Source: Microcoleus sp. (GTDB lineage: Bacteria; Cyanobacteriota; Cyanobacteriia; Cyanobacteriales; Microcoleaceae). From it: a stretch of DNA of 64,000 nucleotides. Both the position numbers and the translations under genes were made by a program. The DNA lies in contig JAYFMW010000012.1 in NCBI GenBank assembly GCA_042408215.1, positions 28,248 to 92,247 of the forward strand, given 5' to 3'. Below, piece after piece: positions 40,858 to 51,602 of the stretch (its first letter is position 1; every line of letters begins with the position of its first letter). The notes under the pieces are model-generated. The model saw nothing but the letters and a program-made list of their open reading frames with translations, did no database searches and was not told the origin of the DNA.

Positions 40858-43800
40858 GCCGCAATTAACCTAAATCCCTATCAGGGATTGAAACATGGGA
40901 GTTGATACACCGCCCGGATCGGATAAGTTGGGCCGCAATTAACCTAAATCCCTATCAGGGATTGAAACATGGGGCAAACCAGAGAAATCCCTGAACGTTT
41001 GCCCAAGGCCGCAATTAACCTAAATCCCTATCAGGGATTGAAACGATGTACTGGATATACATTAAGCAATTGCTAAAGGCCGCAATTAACCTAAATCCCT
41101 ATCAGGGATTGAAACGATTATTTGCCATCAGTGGCCATCAATAAAATTCAATGCCGCAATTAACCTAAATCCCTATCAGGGATTGAAACCGATGTTGACG
41201 ATCGTATCGCCATCTACCTAGACTCTTTCTGCCGCAATTAACCTAAATCCCTATCAGGGATTGAAACTCCGTCATTACAAAGGAATCATCCTTTGATGAT
41301 TGCCGCAATTAACCTAAATCCCTATCAGGGATTGAAACTAGCTAGTTCGAGCGTGATTCGGTGCCGCAATTAACCTAAATCCCTATCAGGGATTGAAACA
41401 AAGATGAAATTAAGATGCTTGAGTGCATCGCCGCAATTAACCTAAATCCCTATCAGGGATTGAAACTAGCCCGTCAAAAATTCTTGGGAATAGACCTTTC
41501 TCGCGCCGCAATTAACCTAAATCCCTATCAGGGATTGAAACGCGGAACAACTCGGTACAGGGACAAGTGGAAGCCAGATGCCGCAATTAACCTAAATCCC
41601 TATCAGGGATTGAAACTGGCGTAAGAATAATTTTGCAATTAACTTGACCTTTTGCCGCAATTAACCTAAATCCCTATCAGGGATTGAAACTCAAAATACG
41701 GGACAATATCTCAGGCTTTTTGCTCAAGCCGCAATTAACCTAAATCCCTATCAGGGATTGAAACTAAGGTGATACCAAACTCTTCAGCCGTTTCTCGTGC
41801 TGAGCCGCAATTAACCTAAATCCCTATCAGGGATTGAAACGTAGGCATTTATTTAAAGTGTACTTTTTGTTTTTGCCGCAATTAACCTAAATCCCTATCA
41901 GGGATTGAAACTTACCATCTCCGTACTAAGAGCTAGCGCGGTACTTTCGCCGCAATTAACCTAAATCCCTATCAGGGATTGAAACGAGCTTGAGTTGCTT
42001 GAGCCTTGCGATGATAAGAATTTTCGCCGCAATTAACCTAAATCCCTATCAGGGATTGAAACATATACCTCGGATCTGAATTCCCTAATCTGGCAATGCC
42101 GCAATTAACCTAAATCCCTATCAGGGATTGAAACGCTGAAGCCAATGCTACCACTGGCAATGGGATGGGCCGCAATTAACCTAAATCCCTATCAGGGATT
42201 GAAACTTACGGCACCGCCTTGCGTAAATCTTGGTTGGATACTCCCTAGCCGCAATTAACCTAAATCCCTATCAGGGATTGAAACCCTAAAACTGTCGCAG
42301 AGCCCGGAGTATATAAAATGCCGCAATTAACCTAAATCCCTATCAGGGATTGAAACCATCCTCTAATTGCTGATCGCGATCATAGGGCTGGCCGCAATTA
42401 ACCTAAATCCCTATCAGGGATTGAAACGTGGTGAATTGCAAGCGCAGCAATCTATCCCAGGATGCGACTGCCGCAATTAACCTAAATCCCTATCAGGGAT
42501 TGAAACGTTTTTAGCTTCCCAGTGACCTCTCACTACCGCGGCCGCAATTAACCTAAATCCCTATCAGGGATTGAAACACTCAGTACATGGAAAGACGCTT
42601 CTAGCCTGGTTAATGCCGCAATTAACCTAAATCCCTATCAGGGATTGAAACCTATTTGCTTGACTTACCAATTCAGGTGGTAATTGCCGCAATTAACCTA
42701 AATCCCTATCAGGGATTGAAACGTTCAAAGACTTATACCCTGCGGCGACCCCGCCGCCGCAATTAACCTAAATCCCTATCAGGGATTGAAACGGCGACCC
42801 GTGGGATCAAGAGCCACTTCCCGGCGTTCGTGAGCCGCAATTAACCTAAATCCCTATCAGGGATTGAAACTAAACAGCCATCGTGCTCTACTTTCCCCAA
42901 AATGCAAGCCGCAATTAACCTAAATCCCTATCAGGGATTGAAACTGGTTCATTTGATTACTCGTTACGATCGCGGGGTGCCGCAATTAACCTAAATCCCT
43001 ATCAGGGATTGAAACAAAGTTGAAAATGCCAACGACGGCACACTTTCTTTTTGCCGCAATTAACCTAAATCCCTATCAGGGATTGAAACTGGTCGGAGGC
43101 ACCCCAATCGGGTAGGTAATTATTGCCTCGAAGCCGCAATTAACCTAAATCCCTATCAGGGATTGAAACGGATCGATGCCCAAGTTCAGTAAAAAGAATT
43201 TCAAGCGCCGCAATTAACCTAAATCCCTATCAGGGATTGAAACGATTAAATGTACCAATTGGAATAATTGACCTTCGGCCGCAATTAACCTAAATCCCTA
43301 TCAGGGATTGAAACTGTGAATTCCTCAGCCACAATAGTTAGAGGCTCAAATTGCCGCAATTAACCTAAATCCCTATCAGGGATTGAAACTCTCTAAGTTT
43401 GTATCGCCGCTCAATTTCCTTCTCGCCGCAATTAACCTAAATCCCTATCAGGGATTGAAACATAAAGTGGTTGTTGTCGGGACTTTCTGGGGCTGGGCCG
43501 CAATTAACCTAAATCCCTATCAGGGATTGAAACCGGGATTGGACTTAGCTAGGGCTTTTAGCCATTTGCCGCAATTAACCTAAATCCCTATCAGGGATTG
43601 AAACAATTACTCAAGCTCTCTGATCTACAGTCGGATATTTTAGCCGCAATTAACCTAAATCCCTATCAGGGATTGAAACTGGAAGTGATTGCCCATTGCT
43701 CAAACCAACAGCGTGCGCCGCAATTAACCTAAATCCCTATCAGGGATTGAAACGATACAAAATGGGGAGGTAGTAGCCCCGGAATTCCTAGCCGCAATTA

Positions 43801-45284
43801 ACCTAAATCCCTATCAGGGATTGAAACCGCAGAATTGGCCGCTTTAGGCCCTGCACAAGAAGAGCCGCAATTAACCTAAATCCCTATCAGGGATTGAAAC
43901 TGTGAATTCCTCAGCCACAATAGTTAGAGGCTCAAATTGCCGCAATTAACCTAAATCCCTATCAGGGATTGAAACTCTCTAAGTTTGTATCGCCGCTCAA
44001 TTTCCTTCTCGCCGCAATTAACCTAAATCCCTATCAGGGATTGAAACGCGAAAGCAGCCTCACGACAAATGTTTGAGCGATGCCGCAATTAACCTAAATC
44101 CCTATCAGGGATTGAAACAATACAAGTGCTACTGGTACCGCTACGGAAGCTGTGCCGCAATTAACCTAAATCCCTATCAGGGATTGAAACTAGTAGCCTG
44201 CGACGCGACGGGTCTGTACGCCCAGCTGCCGCAATTAACCTAAATCCCTATCAGGGATTGAAACTCTGTGTCACGGGCGATCTCAGCCGGGATATCCGCA
44301 TCGCCGCAATTAACCTAAATCCCTATCAGGGATTGAAACGACGCCCCGTGAAATGAAAGTTATGGAGGTGATTGGCCGCAATTAACCTAAATCCCTATCA
44401 GGGATTGAAACAATTTCCGCTGTAGGGCGACTTGGGCAACTTCGTGCCGCAATTAACCTAAATCCCTATCAGGGATTGAAACCGGTACTTACCTTGTGAA
44501 CCTACCGCAATTATTGCGCCGCAATTAACCTAAATCCCTATCAGGGATTGAAACAGGAGACTTGAACGCCTGGGGAGTGAGTTTAGTGGCCGCAATTAAC
44601 CTAAATCCCTATCAGGGATTGAAACCTAAAATCACATATTAAGAATTTATTGTTAAATTGCCGCAATTAACCTAAATCCCTATCAGGGATTGAAACTAGC
44701 AATGCAGGTAGAGACACCTCAAGGTTTAGCAATGCAGGGCCGCAATTAACCTAAAACCCTATCAGGGATTGAAACTCCCGGCACGACTGAGAACTCATGA
44801 ATTCACAGGGGGCCGCAATTAACCTAAAACCCTATCAGGGATTGAAACTCTTCTGCTTCATTTGGATCAAAGCCATCTCGAAGCCGCAATTAACCTAAAA
44901 CCCTATCAGGGATTGAAACGTAATGGGATACCGATTACATTAAGCAAGTCATTAATCAAGCCGCAATTAACCTAAAACCCTATCAGGGATTGAAACGAAA
45001 TTGCCACTGCTGCCGACCTCCCGACACTCGTGCCGCAATTAACCTAAAACCCTATCAGGGATTGAAACCAAAATGCCTGCAAGTATCCATTACTCGCACC
45101 TACGCCGCAATTAACCTAAATCCCTATCAGGGATTGAAACTAAGAACAGGTGCATCCGTGATTTTTGTAGAATCGCCGCAATTAACCTAAATCCCTATCA
45201 GGGATTGAAACTTCAATTTTCATCGCTACAAACCCGGCGGACTAATTGCCGCAATTAACCTAAATCCCTATCAGGGATTGAAAC
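40858..45284 (+). CRISPR. CRISPR array, 61 repeats of 37 bp GCCGCAATTAACCTAAATCCCTATCAGGGATTGAAAC, 60 spacers (manual count); type I-D-like repeat
   Basis: Repeats read directly; hairpin AATCCCT-ATC-AGGGATT; 3' ATTGAAAC handle; no cas genes in window. Confidence 0.98.
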
Positions 45285-45598
45285 TCGATAATCAGGTTTC
45301 TATCCATCATCTCTGCAAGTTCAAATTGACTGCGATCACCATTAAACACTTCCTCAGCAGCATCTGCGATCGCATCCTCAATCACCTCTTCCTCTATCAA
45401 ACACTCCCATTCATCGGGATTCACATAATAAGACGTTTTATGATCTTTAATATTTACTTTTTTAATTTCTCGGATTGAATTGCGAATCGAACTTGCCCAA
45501 GAACCAGTTAATCGCTGTTCTACTTGGTTCTTAATCAAGTGAATCAGCAAAAACTTTAAAAAAGATTGAATTTGCCACAGAATTGCCTGTTTGCTCAT
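45260..45598 (-). pseudogene. Fragment of a DUF29-like protein, truncated at both ends
   Basis: MSKQAIL..LLIHLIKNQVEQRLT.SW..SIRNS; C-terminus runs into the last CRISPR repeat; IS-type end directly upstream. Confidence 0.65.
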
Positions 45599-45740
45599 AA
45601 ATACCTCGCGGAAGTTTGGAAACCCAGCGGCTTGAGCCTAGGGAGGAAAAGCGACACGGGATGCTTTAGCGTCCCTTGAATATTCTTGAAATCCATCACT
45701 TCGGTTTCGCTCAGTGCATCGCCTTTTAGGACGGCTTTGT
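45599..45740 (-). mobile_element. IS200/IS605 end remnants (IscB-type 3' end abutting ATGA, plus a left-end hairpin fragment)
   Basis: Minus strand GTCGCTTTTCCTCCCTAGGCTCAAGCCGCTGGGTTTCCAAACTTCCGCGAGGTATTT|ATGA resembles 8855-8912; CCTTTTAGGACGGC at 45722. Confidence 0.6.
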
Positions 45741-45748
45741 TTGATTCA

Positions 45749-47093
45749 TTGACACTCCCCAGCCTAAAGGCGTGGGGATTCTTTGTTCATAGAGCCAACT
45801 TGCTCAGACAGGATTTCTCCAACCAGAGTAGAGGTCAATTCTCCCAAAGCGTTGCTTGCATTTAATGCAAGGGTTCCGGTATGCCCTACCGTACCCAATC
45901 CTCGACTCAGGATATTTCTAGCTGCGTTAAAATCTCTATCCATTACACAACCGCACTTACAAACGTGCGTCCTAGTGGATAGCGTTTTCTTCACAATTGC
46001 ACCGCAGCTAGAGCATTCTTGGCTAGTGTATTGCGGATTTACCGCAACCGTAACTCTTTCAAATACTTTGCCAAAGTATTCCAGCCAGATACGGAACTGA
46101 TACCAAGAAGCATCGTTAATAGACTTAGCTAAACAATGATTTTTCACCATATTTTTAATTCTCAAATCTTCGTAAGCTATCAAGTCGTTAGACTGAACTA
46201 CGCACCTTGCAAGTTTCACAGCGTGGTCTTTGCGTTGCCGACTTATTTTGAGATGGCGTTTTCCTAAAATCTGTCTAGCTTTGCCTCTATTTTTTGAACC
46301 TTTTACCTTCCTAGATACCCGACGATGAGAACGTCTGAGAACTTTTTCACCTTTTCGGAGGAATCTCGGATTTTCAACCATCACTCCGTTAGAATCGGTG
46401 TAATATTCTTTCAATCCTACGTCTAATCCGATGGTATTTCCTCTTATGCTCTGTGTTTTCCTTTCGATTGACATCGACACAAAATTGGACATACACGCCG
46501 TCTGCACGTTTTACCAATCTTACCCGTTTGATTTGGGTGATTTGATAGAAATGCAAATCCCGTGTTCCCTTTAATTTGAGTTTACCAATCCCTTTTTTGT
46601 CGGTGAAGTTTATGGTTTTACGATCTTCTGCAAGTTTCCAACCAGTTGATTTATACTCAACTGAGCGACAGTCTTTCTGGAACTGTGGATACCCCTTTTT
46701 ACCTGGAATCCCTTTCTTGCAGTTCTCGTAAAATCGGGAGATAGCAGACCAGGCTCGTTCAGCGCTAGCTTGTCTAGCTTGAGAGTTAAGTTCGTCGGCA
46801 AACGGGAAGTTATGAGCCAATACAGCACAATATTTGTTTAAATCGTACTTATCTATTTTTTTGTTGTCCATCCAATAGCGCAAACAGCTATTGCGGACAA
46901 ATTGTGCTGTACGAATCGCTTCATTTACTGCTGCAATCTGACTGGATTTTCCGTAAGCTTTGAACTCAAAAACTAGCATCGCCTTACCTCCTGCCTTATG
47001 ATATATCTTTCAGCACAAGATTGGCTTTAATCGTCACAAAGGTTTACAATTAAAGCCGTCCTAAAAGGACGGGGTTTTAAACCCAATTTCCTG
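45749..47093 (-). mobile_element. tnpB: IS200/IS605 element with frameshifted tnpB (ORF halves 46389..46979 and 45764..46507)
   Basis: MLVFEFK N-half; GLDVGL, AYEDL, CSSCG..CKCG zinc finger, DRDFNAA C-half; ends TCAA; left-end hairpin; TTTAT flank at 47094-47098. Confidence 0.9.
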
Positions 47094-47107
47094 ATAAATT
47101 AATTGAC

Positions 47108-47291
47108 CAAAAAACTGGGATACAAGCCCCGTCCTTCTAGGACGGCTTTTTGCTAGAATACAGATAGTCGCCGAGCGGGCCTTGGGAGACTCTAAACGGA
47201 CGTGGAGCGACGGTAAGACTACCGCTTGCGGAGCGCGTTGCTATGAAGCGTCAAGGAATCCTCGGACTTGATAGACGGGGAGGTATGTCAA
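47108..47291 (+). mobile_element. Non-autonomous IS200/IS605 MITE (184 bp)
   Basis: TTGAC flank, left-end hairpin GCCCCGTCCTTCTAGGACGGC, ends TATGTCAA; near-identical copy at 55467. Confidence 0.85.
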
Positions 47292-47317
47292 ACTCCCAAA
47301 CTAAATACAGAACCCCC

Positions 47318-47555
47318 TAGGGGACACGGCAATGCCCATTGGTGTCAACTTAAGGCCAAACCCTGTCACAGACTACTGTTTGACGATTAAGGCCAGATCC
47401 CCCCTAACCCCCCTTAAGAAGGGGGGGACAGGAGTCTTCTCAAAGTCCCCCTTCTTAAGGGGGATTTAGGGGGATCTAGACTCAGGTAACAGCGAGATTT
47501 CTCAGGGGTTTCAGGCTGGTTGTTGACACCAATGGGCGAAAGCCTTTGTCCCTAC
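47318..47555. repeat. Nested palindromic MITE
   Basis: REP arms enclose GCCCATTGGTGTCAAC...GTTGACACCAATGGGC, which encloses AGATCCCCC...GGGGGATCT. Confidence 0.85.
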
Positions 47556-47558
47556 TGC

Positions 47559-48731
47559 TTAATATTGAGGTACTGACGGGTCTACTTGTTGACTCCAAGC
47601 AGTAATTCCGCCCTTAACATTAATCCCCTCAATTCCAGCTTCCTTCAAAATGCCCAAAGCCTTCGCCGAACGCCCGCCCATTTTGCAATGTGCAATCAAC
47701 TGGTGACCATTCAACAATTCCTTGACTTTCTCAACACCATTGCCGTTTTCAATATCCGGCAACGGCACCAATACCGATCCAGGAATTTGACCAATTTCAT
47801 ACTCATTGGGATTCCGAACATCTAGCAGTAGAAAATTCTTCGCACCGCTATCGATTAACTCCTTAAGTTCGATCACAGTCATCTCAGCAATTTGCATTTG
47901 CTGATTTGCTTCCTGTGCTTTTGCTTGAGGAATTCCGCAGAATTGTTCGTAATCGATTAACTTTTCAATTACGGGGCGCACTGGATTCGGCCGCAATTTC
48001 AACTGCCGGAACGTCATATCTAAGGCATTATAAAGCAGCAGTCTGCCGCTCAAAGTAGTGCCTTGACCCAAAATAATTTTGATAGCTTCCGTTGCTTGAA
48101 TGCAGCCAATTACTCCAGGTAATACGCCTAAAACGCCGCCTTCTGCACAGGAAGGTACCATACCAGGAGGCGGGGGTTCTGGGTACAAATCGCGGTAATT
48201 CGGGCCGCCTTCGTAGTTAAAAACTGTTGCTTGGCCTTCAAATCGGAAGATAGAACCGTAGACGTTGGGCTTATTTAAAAGCACGCAAACGTCGTTCATC
48301 AAATAGCGAGTCGGGAAGTTGTCGGTACCGTCGATTACGATGTCGTAAGGAGTGGCAATTGCGATCGCATTTTCGGAACTGACACGAGTTTCGTACAAGT
48401 CAACTTGACACAAAGGATTGATTTCTAAAATCCGATTTTTCGCAGATTCAATCTTCGGTTTACCTACCCAAGATGTTCCGTGAATTATCTGCCGCTGCAA
48501 GTTGGAAGTGTCAACAATATCAAAGTCTACAATGCCAATGCGACCAACACCTGCGGCGGCCAAATACAGCAGCAGCGGCGAACCGAGCCCTCCCGTACCG
48601 ATGCAGAGTACGCTGGCAGCTTTCAGCCGCTTCTGGCCGTCCAATCCCACTTCTGGCAGGATGAGGTGGCGAGAGTAGCGTTCGTATTCTTCTTTGTTGA
48701 GCTGGATCTCGTCCAGATTAGGATTTAGCAT
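47559..48731 (-). CDS. moeB: Molybdopterin-synthase adenylyltransferase MoeB/MoeZ (E1 + rhodanese)
   Basis: ERYSRHL, GTGGLG, SNLQRQ, PSCAEGGVLG, rhodanese CKMGGRS. Confidence 0.95.
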   Translation of the reverse strand: MLNPNLDEIQLNKEEYERYSRHLILPEVGLDGQKRLKAASVLCIGTGGLGSPLLLYLAAAGVGRIGIVDFDIVDTSNLQRQIIHGTSWVGKPKIESAKNRILEINPLCQVDLYETRVSSENAIAIATPYDIVIDGTDNFPTRYLMNDVCVLLNKPNVYGSIFRFEGQATVFNYEGGPNYRDLYPEPPPPGMVPSCAEGGVLGVLPGVIGCIQATEAIKIILGQGTTLSGRLLLYNALDMTFRQLKLRPNPVRPVIEKLIDYEQFCGIPQAKAQEANQQMQIAEMTVIELKELIDSGAKNFLLLDVRNPNEYEIGQIPGSVLVPLPDIENGNGVEKVKELLNGHQLIAHCKMGGRSAKALGILKEAGIEGINVKGGITAWSQQVDPSVPQY

Positions 48732-48810
48732 GATATTCTGTATAGTGGCATTTTTGAATTATATCCTATCTGAATCTTTTGCAGTTTTACGTGTTTTTGA
48801 TTTTTACTAA

Positions 48811-49290
48811 TTATTTCTTAATCTGGGTCGGTTCTACTATGAGAATTTCCTCTGCTTGGAAGTTGCTGTCTGAGTCAAGACTCCAACTGCGGAGGTCTTC
48901 TGAACAGCCTTGTCGAACCGAGACAATAATGTAGGAGTATTGCGGCCAGGCTAGGGTTCGATCGCACTCCGAGGGCACCGCAGCAGAGTTTGGGTGAGAA
49001 TGGTAGATGCCGATAATTTCTAAATTGCGATCGCGCCCATCTTTCATTCCCTTGAGCATATCTGCTGGTGATATAGCATATCTACGTTGTTTTGTCAATA
49101 CTTTTTGTTCCGGGCAATGATCTTCAGCTTCCGCACTCCAAGCATTTTTAGTTGGGAAAACTTCTACTAAAGTTTTAACATCGCCTGTAACTTGACCGAG
49201 TAATAAACCGCAGCACTCTTCAGGGTAAGTATTTTCGGCGTGGCTGCGGATGGATAAAAGGTGAGAGTCAGAAAGTGCGATCGATTGCAT
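48811..49290 (-). CDS. JAB/MPN (M67) metallopeptidase
   Basis: YPEECCGLLLG, IYHSHP...PS..D. Confidence 0.93.
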   Translation of the reverse strand: MQSIALSDSHLLSIRSHAENTYPEECCGLLLGQVTGDVKTLVEVFPTKNAWSAEAEDHCPEQKVLTKQRRYAISPADMLKGMKDGRDRNLEIIGIYHSHPNSAAVPSECDRTLAWPQYSYIIVSVRQGCSEDLRSWSLDSDSNFQAEEILIVEPTQIKK

Positions 49291-49349
49291 TGGATTTTAT
49301 TGTAGGTTTTATTGTCAAGTGCGATCGGGATTTTCTATTCTCTAAAAAA

Positions 49350-49740
49350 CAACGAACCGCGAAGACACGAAGGACACAAAGGAAGAGAAGAGAAGAGAAG
49401 AGGAAGAGTTTATAATTAATTACCTGTACAATATCTAAACCTGAGATTTGTTCGATCTTTCTCACCATTCCTCTCTGTGTCCTCTGCGCCCTCTGCGGTT
49501 CAAAAAAAAGTCCCTATATAAATGTAACGAACCGCGAAGACACGAAGGAAAGGAAGGAAAAAAGAGCAGGGAAGAGCCAGAGCTTATAATTAATTACCTG
49601 TACAATATCTAAACCTGAGATTTGTTCGATCTTTCTCACCATTCCTCTCTGTGTCCTCTGCGCCCTCTGCGGTTCAAAAAAAAGTCCCTATATAAATGTA
49701 ACGAACCGCGAAGACGCGCAGGACACAAAGGAAGAAAAGA
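49350..49740. repeat. ~175-bp direct duplication in the intergenic region
   Basis: TTATAATTAATTACCTGTAC...AACGAACCGCGAAGAC present at about 49410 and 49584. Confidence 0.9.
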
Positions 49741-49750
49741 GTCAATTCAA

Positions 49751-49978
49751 TCAAGTGGGAGTTTGCTGTAACTCTGGCCGCTCATCGGCGACGATCGCAC
49801 CTTCGACAGGACACACCTGCAAACAAATCCCACAGTCAATGCAGGTATCAAAATCTATCCAAAACCAATCAGTACCCTTGACATTTTTGCCCTCGCCTGG
49901 GTGAATGCAAGCCACCGGACAAGCGCCGACGCAATCGGCAACGCCTTCACAGGTATTAGTAACAATAGTGTGTGCCAT
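49751..49978 (-). CDS. 4Fe-4S dicluster ferredoxin
   Basis: CEGVADCVGACP and CIDCGICLQVCP. Confidence 0.95.
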   Translation of the reverse strand: MAHTIVTNTCEGVADCVGACPVACIHPGEGKNVKGTDWFWIDFDTCIDCGICLQVCPVEGAIVADERPELQQTPT

Positions 49979-50164
49979 AGTGTTCTCTCAAAAGATTTTA
50001 GATCGGGAATTAGGAATTAGCAATTGGCAACACCTGCTCTCAATCAGCAGGATACATAATATCATAAATTACCAACTACCAATTCCCAATTCCCAATTCC
50101 CAATTCCCAATGCCCTATGCCCTATGCCCTATGCCCTATGCCCAATTCCCAATTCCCAATTCCC

Positions 50165-51400
50165 TTAATTTACTGTTTCAATTGTCGGGAATCCTTCGGC
50201 ATTCACCCAGGCAATTTGAGGAATGCGTCGATCGCGAGCATATTCCCGCGCCTCCTCCAAAGTCTCCCGACTCTCCAAATCTATTTCTACCCGCACTAGA
50301 TCGCCAGACTCTCGGAGTTTTCTCGCGTACACAAAAGCGGCCGCCGCAGCTTCAGGGGTTTGAGGCACAACCAAATAGTCGCTGGCTGGGGTCTCTGAGG
50401 CCATGAGACCCTCGGTTAGCAAAATTTGGTGCAAATCTTCAATATTCAGACAAAATCCGATGCCGGGTGAATTTTGCCCTTTTGGATCGAACAATCCCAA
50501 TAGTCGATCGTACCGTCCCCCTTGTCCTAAAACTCGCTGTCCTGTCTGGGAACTGCTGACAACTTCAAACACAATTCCTGTGTAGTAGTCAAAGGTTTGA
50601 ATCAAACTCAAGTCGAGGTGGATGCGGGATTTCAGATTCGGGATTTTTGATTGACATTGATACAGCAATTCGATCGCCGATTTGAGATTATTTAAGGCTG
50701 CTTGCTGCGACAAATCTAAATCCAGATTAGCCACAATGGGAAACACATCTTCTGGGCGGCCGCGCAAGTCAAATAAAACTAGAGCTCTCGATCGCAATTC
50801 GGCAGACAGCGGTAAATTTTCCAAGCCAACTCGATCGAGATTGGCGATCGCTAAGCGAACTTGGGAGCGCACATTGGGCGGAAACGGTTCCAGCAAAGTT
50901 GCAGTCAAGCCCGCTTCTCCCAGCACCAAGTGCCAGTCATCAATTTCTAAACTCTGCAAGCACTCAGACAGCAGTAGGAGCACTTCCGCATCCGCAACCG
51001 TTCCCCCCACGCCAAGCAACTCTACCCCTGCTTGATAGAACTCCTGTTGCCCGCCTGAGCCGGTATCTGGGCCTTTGCGGAAGACGTTAGCGTTGTAGTA
51101 GAGACGCTGGGGCTGCCAGGGAGTCCCGGCCAGCCGCATCACAGTCGCCCGGGCGATCGAGGCTGTCAATTCTGGGCGCAAGCCCAATTCTCCATCGACT
51201 GCATCTTGCAATTGAATCAAGGTCGATCGGTCGATCGCACCTCCAGCCATCAATGTCTCCAGCCTTTCTAGAGTCGAAGTAATAATCCGGTGATAGCCCC
51301 AGCGGTGAAACACCTGCTGCAAACGGCGTTCGATCGAAATTTTTTGAGCTACGTCAAGGGGCAATAAATCTCTTGCACCCGATGGGGGATGATGAACCAT
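50165..51400 (-). CDS. hisZ: ATP phosphoribosyltransferase regulatory subunit
   Basis: GARDLLP, LRPELTASIAR, EFYQAGVELLG, DYYTGIVF, GGRYD. Confidence 0.93.
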   Translation of the reverse strand: MVHHPPSGARDLLPLDVAQKISIERRLQQVFHRWGYHRIITSTLERLETLMAGGAIDRSTLIQLQDAVDGELGLRPELTASIARATVMRLAGTPWQPQRLYYNANVFRKGPDTGSGGQQEFYQAGVELLGVGGTVADAEVLLLLSECLQSLEIDDWHLVLGEAGLTATLLEPFPPNVRSQVRLAIANLDRVGLENLPLSAELRSRALVLFDLRGRPEDVFPIVANLDLDLSQQAALNNLKSAIELLYQCQSKIPNLKSRIHLDLSLIQTFDYYTGIVFEVVSSSQTGQRVLGQGGRYDRLLGLFDPKGQNSPGIGFCLNIEDLHQILLTEGLMASETPASDYLVVPQTPEAAAAAFVYARKLRESGDLVRVEIDLESRETLEEAREYARDRRIPQIAWVNAEGFPTIETVN

Positions 51401-51407
51401 AAGTTAG

Positions 51408-51512
51408 AAGTCAGTAGTCAGTAGTCAGTAGTCAGTAGTCAGTAGTCAGTAGTCAGTAGTCAGTAATCAGTAGTCAGTAGTCAGTAATCAGTAGTCAGTA
51501 GTCAGTAGTCAG
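51408..51512. repeat. STRR tract (AGTCAGT)n
   Basis: Visible 7-bp repeats. Confidence 0.95.
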
Positions 51513-51602
51513 AAACAAGAAAGCAAGTTTGGAATAGCGAATGATGAGTTATGAAGATTTTTTCCTTCATAACTCAACAGTCAACACTCCTCATTCAACT
51601 CC

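Noticed and set aside
39653..40864. 403-aa minus-strand ORF
   Set aside because: Shadow of the G/T-rich glycine-zipper codons of the kinase; low-complexity Pro/Arg/Gln product
43170..43206. Spacer 32 as self-targeting the Uma2 tail (about 38210-38222)
   Set aside because: Only 13 nt (GGATCGATGCCCA) match; compatible with chance
41415..45190. Short ORFs within the CRISPR array
   Set aside because: Chance read-through of repeats and spacers
47559..49290. E1 + JAB pair as a CBASS/Bil-type ubiquitin-like defence system
   Set aside because: MoeZ-type E1-rhodanese with JAB is the usual sulfur-carrier pair; no E2, cyclase or effector nearby
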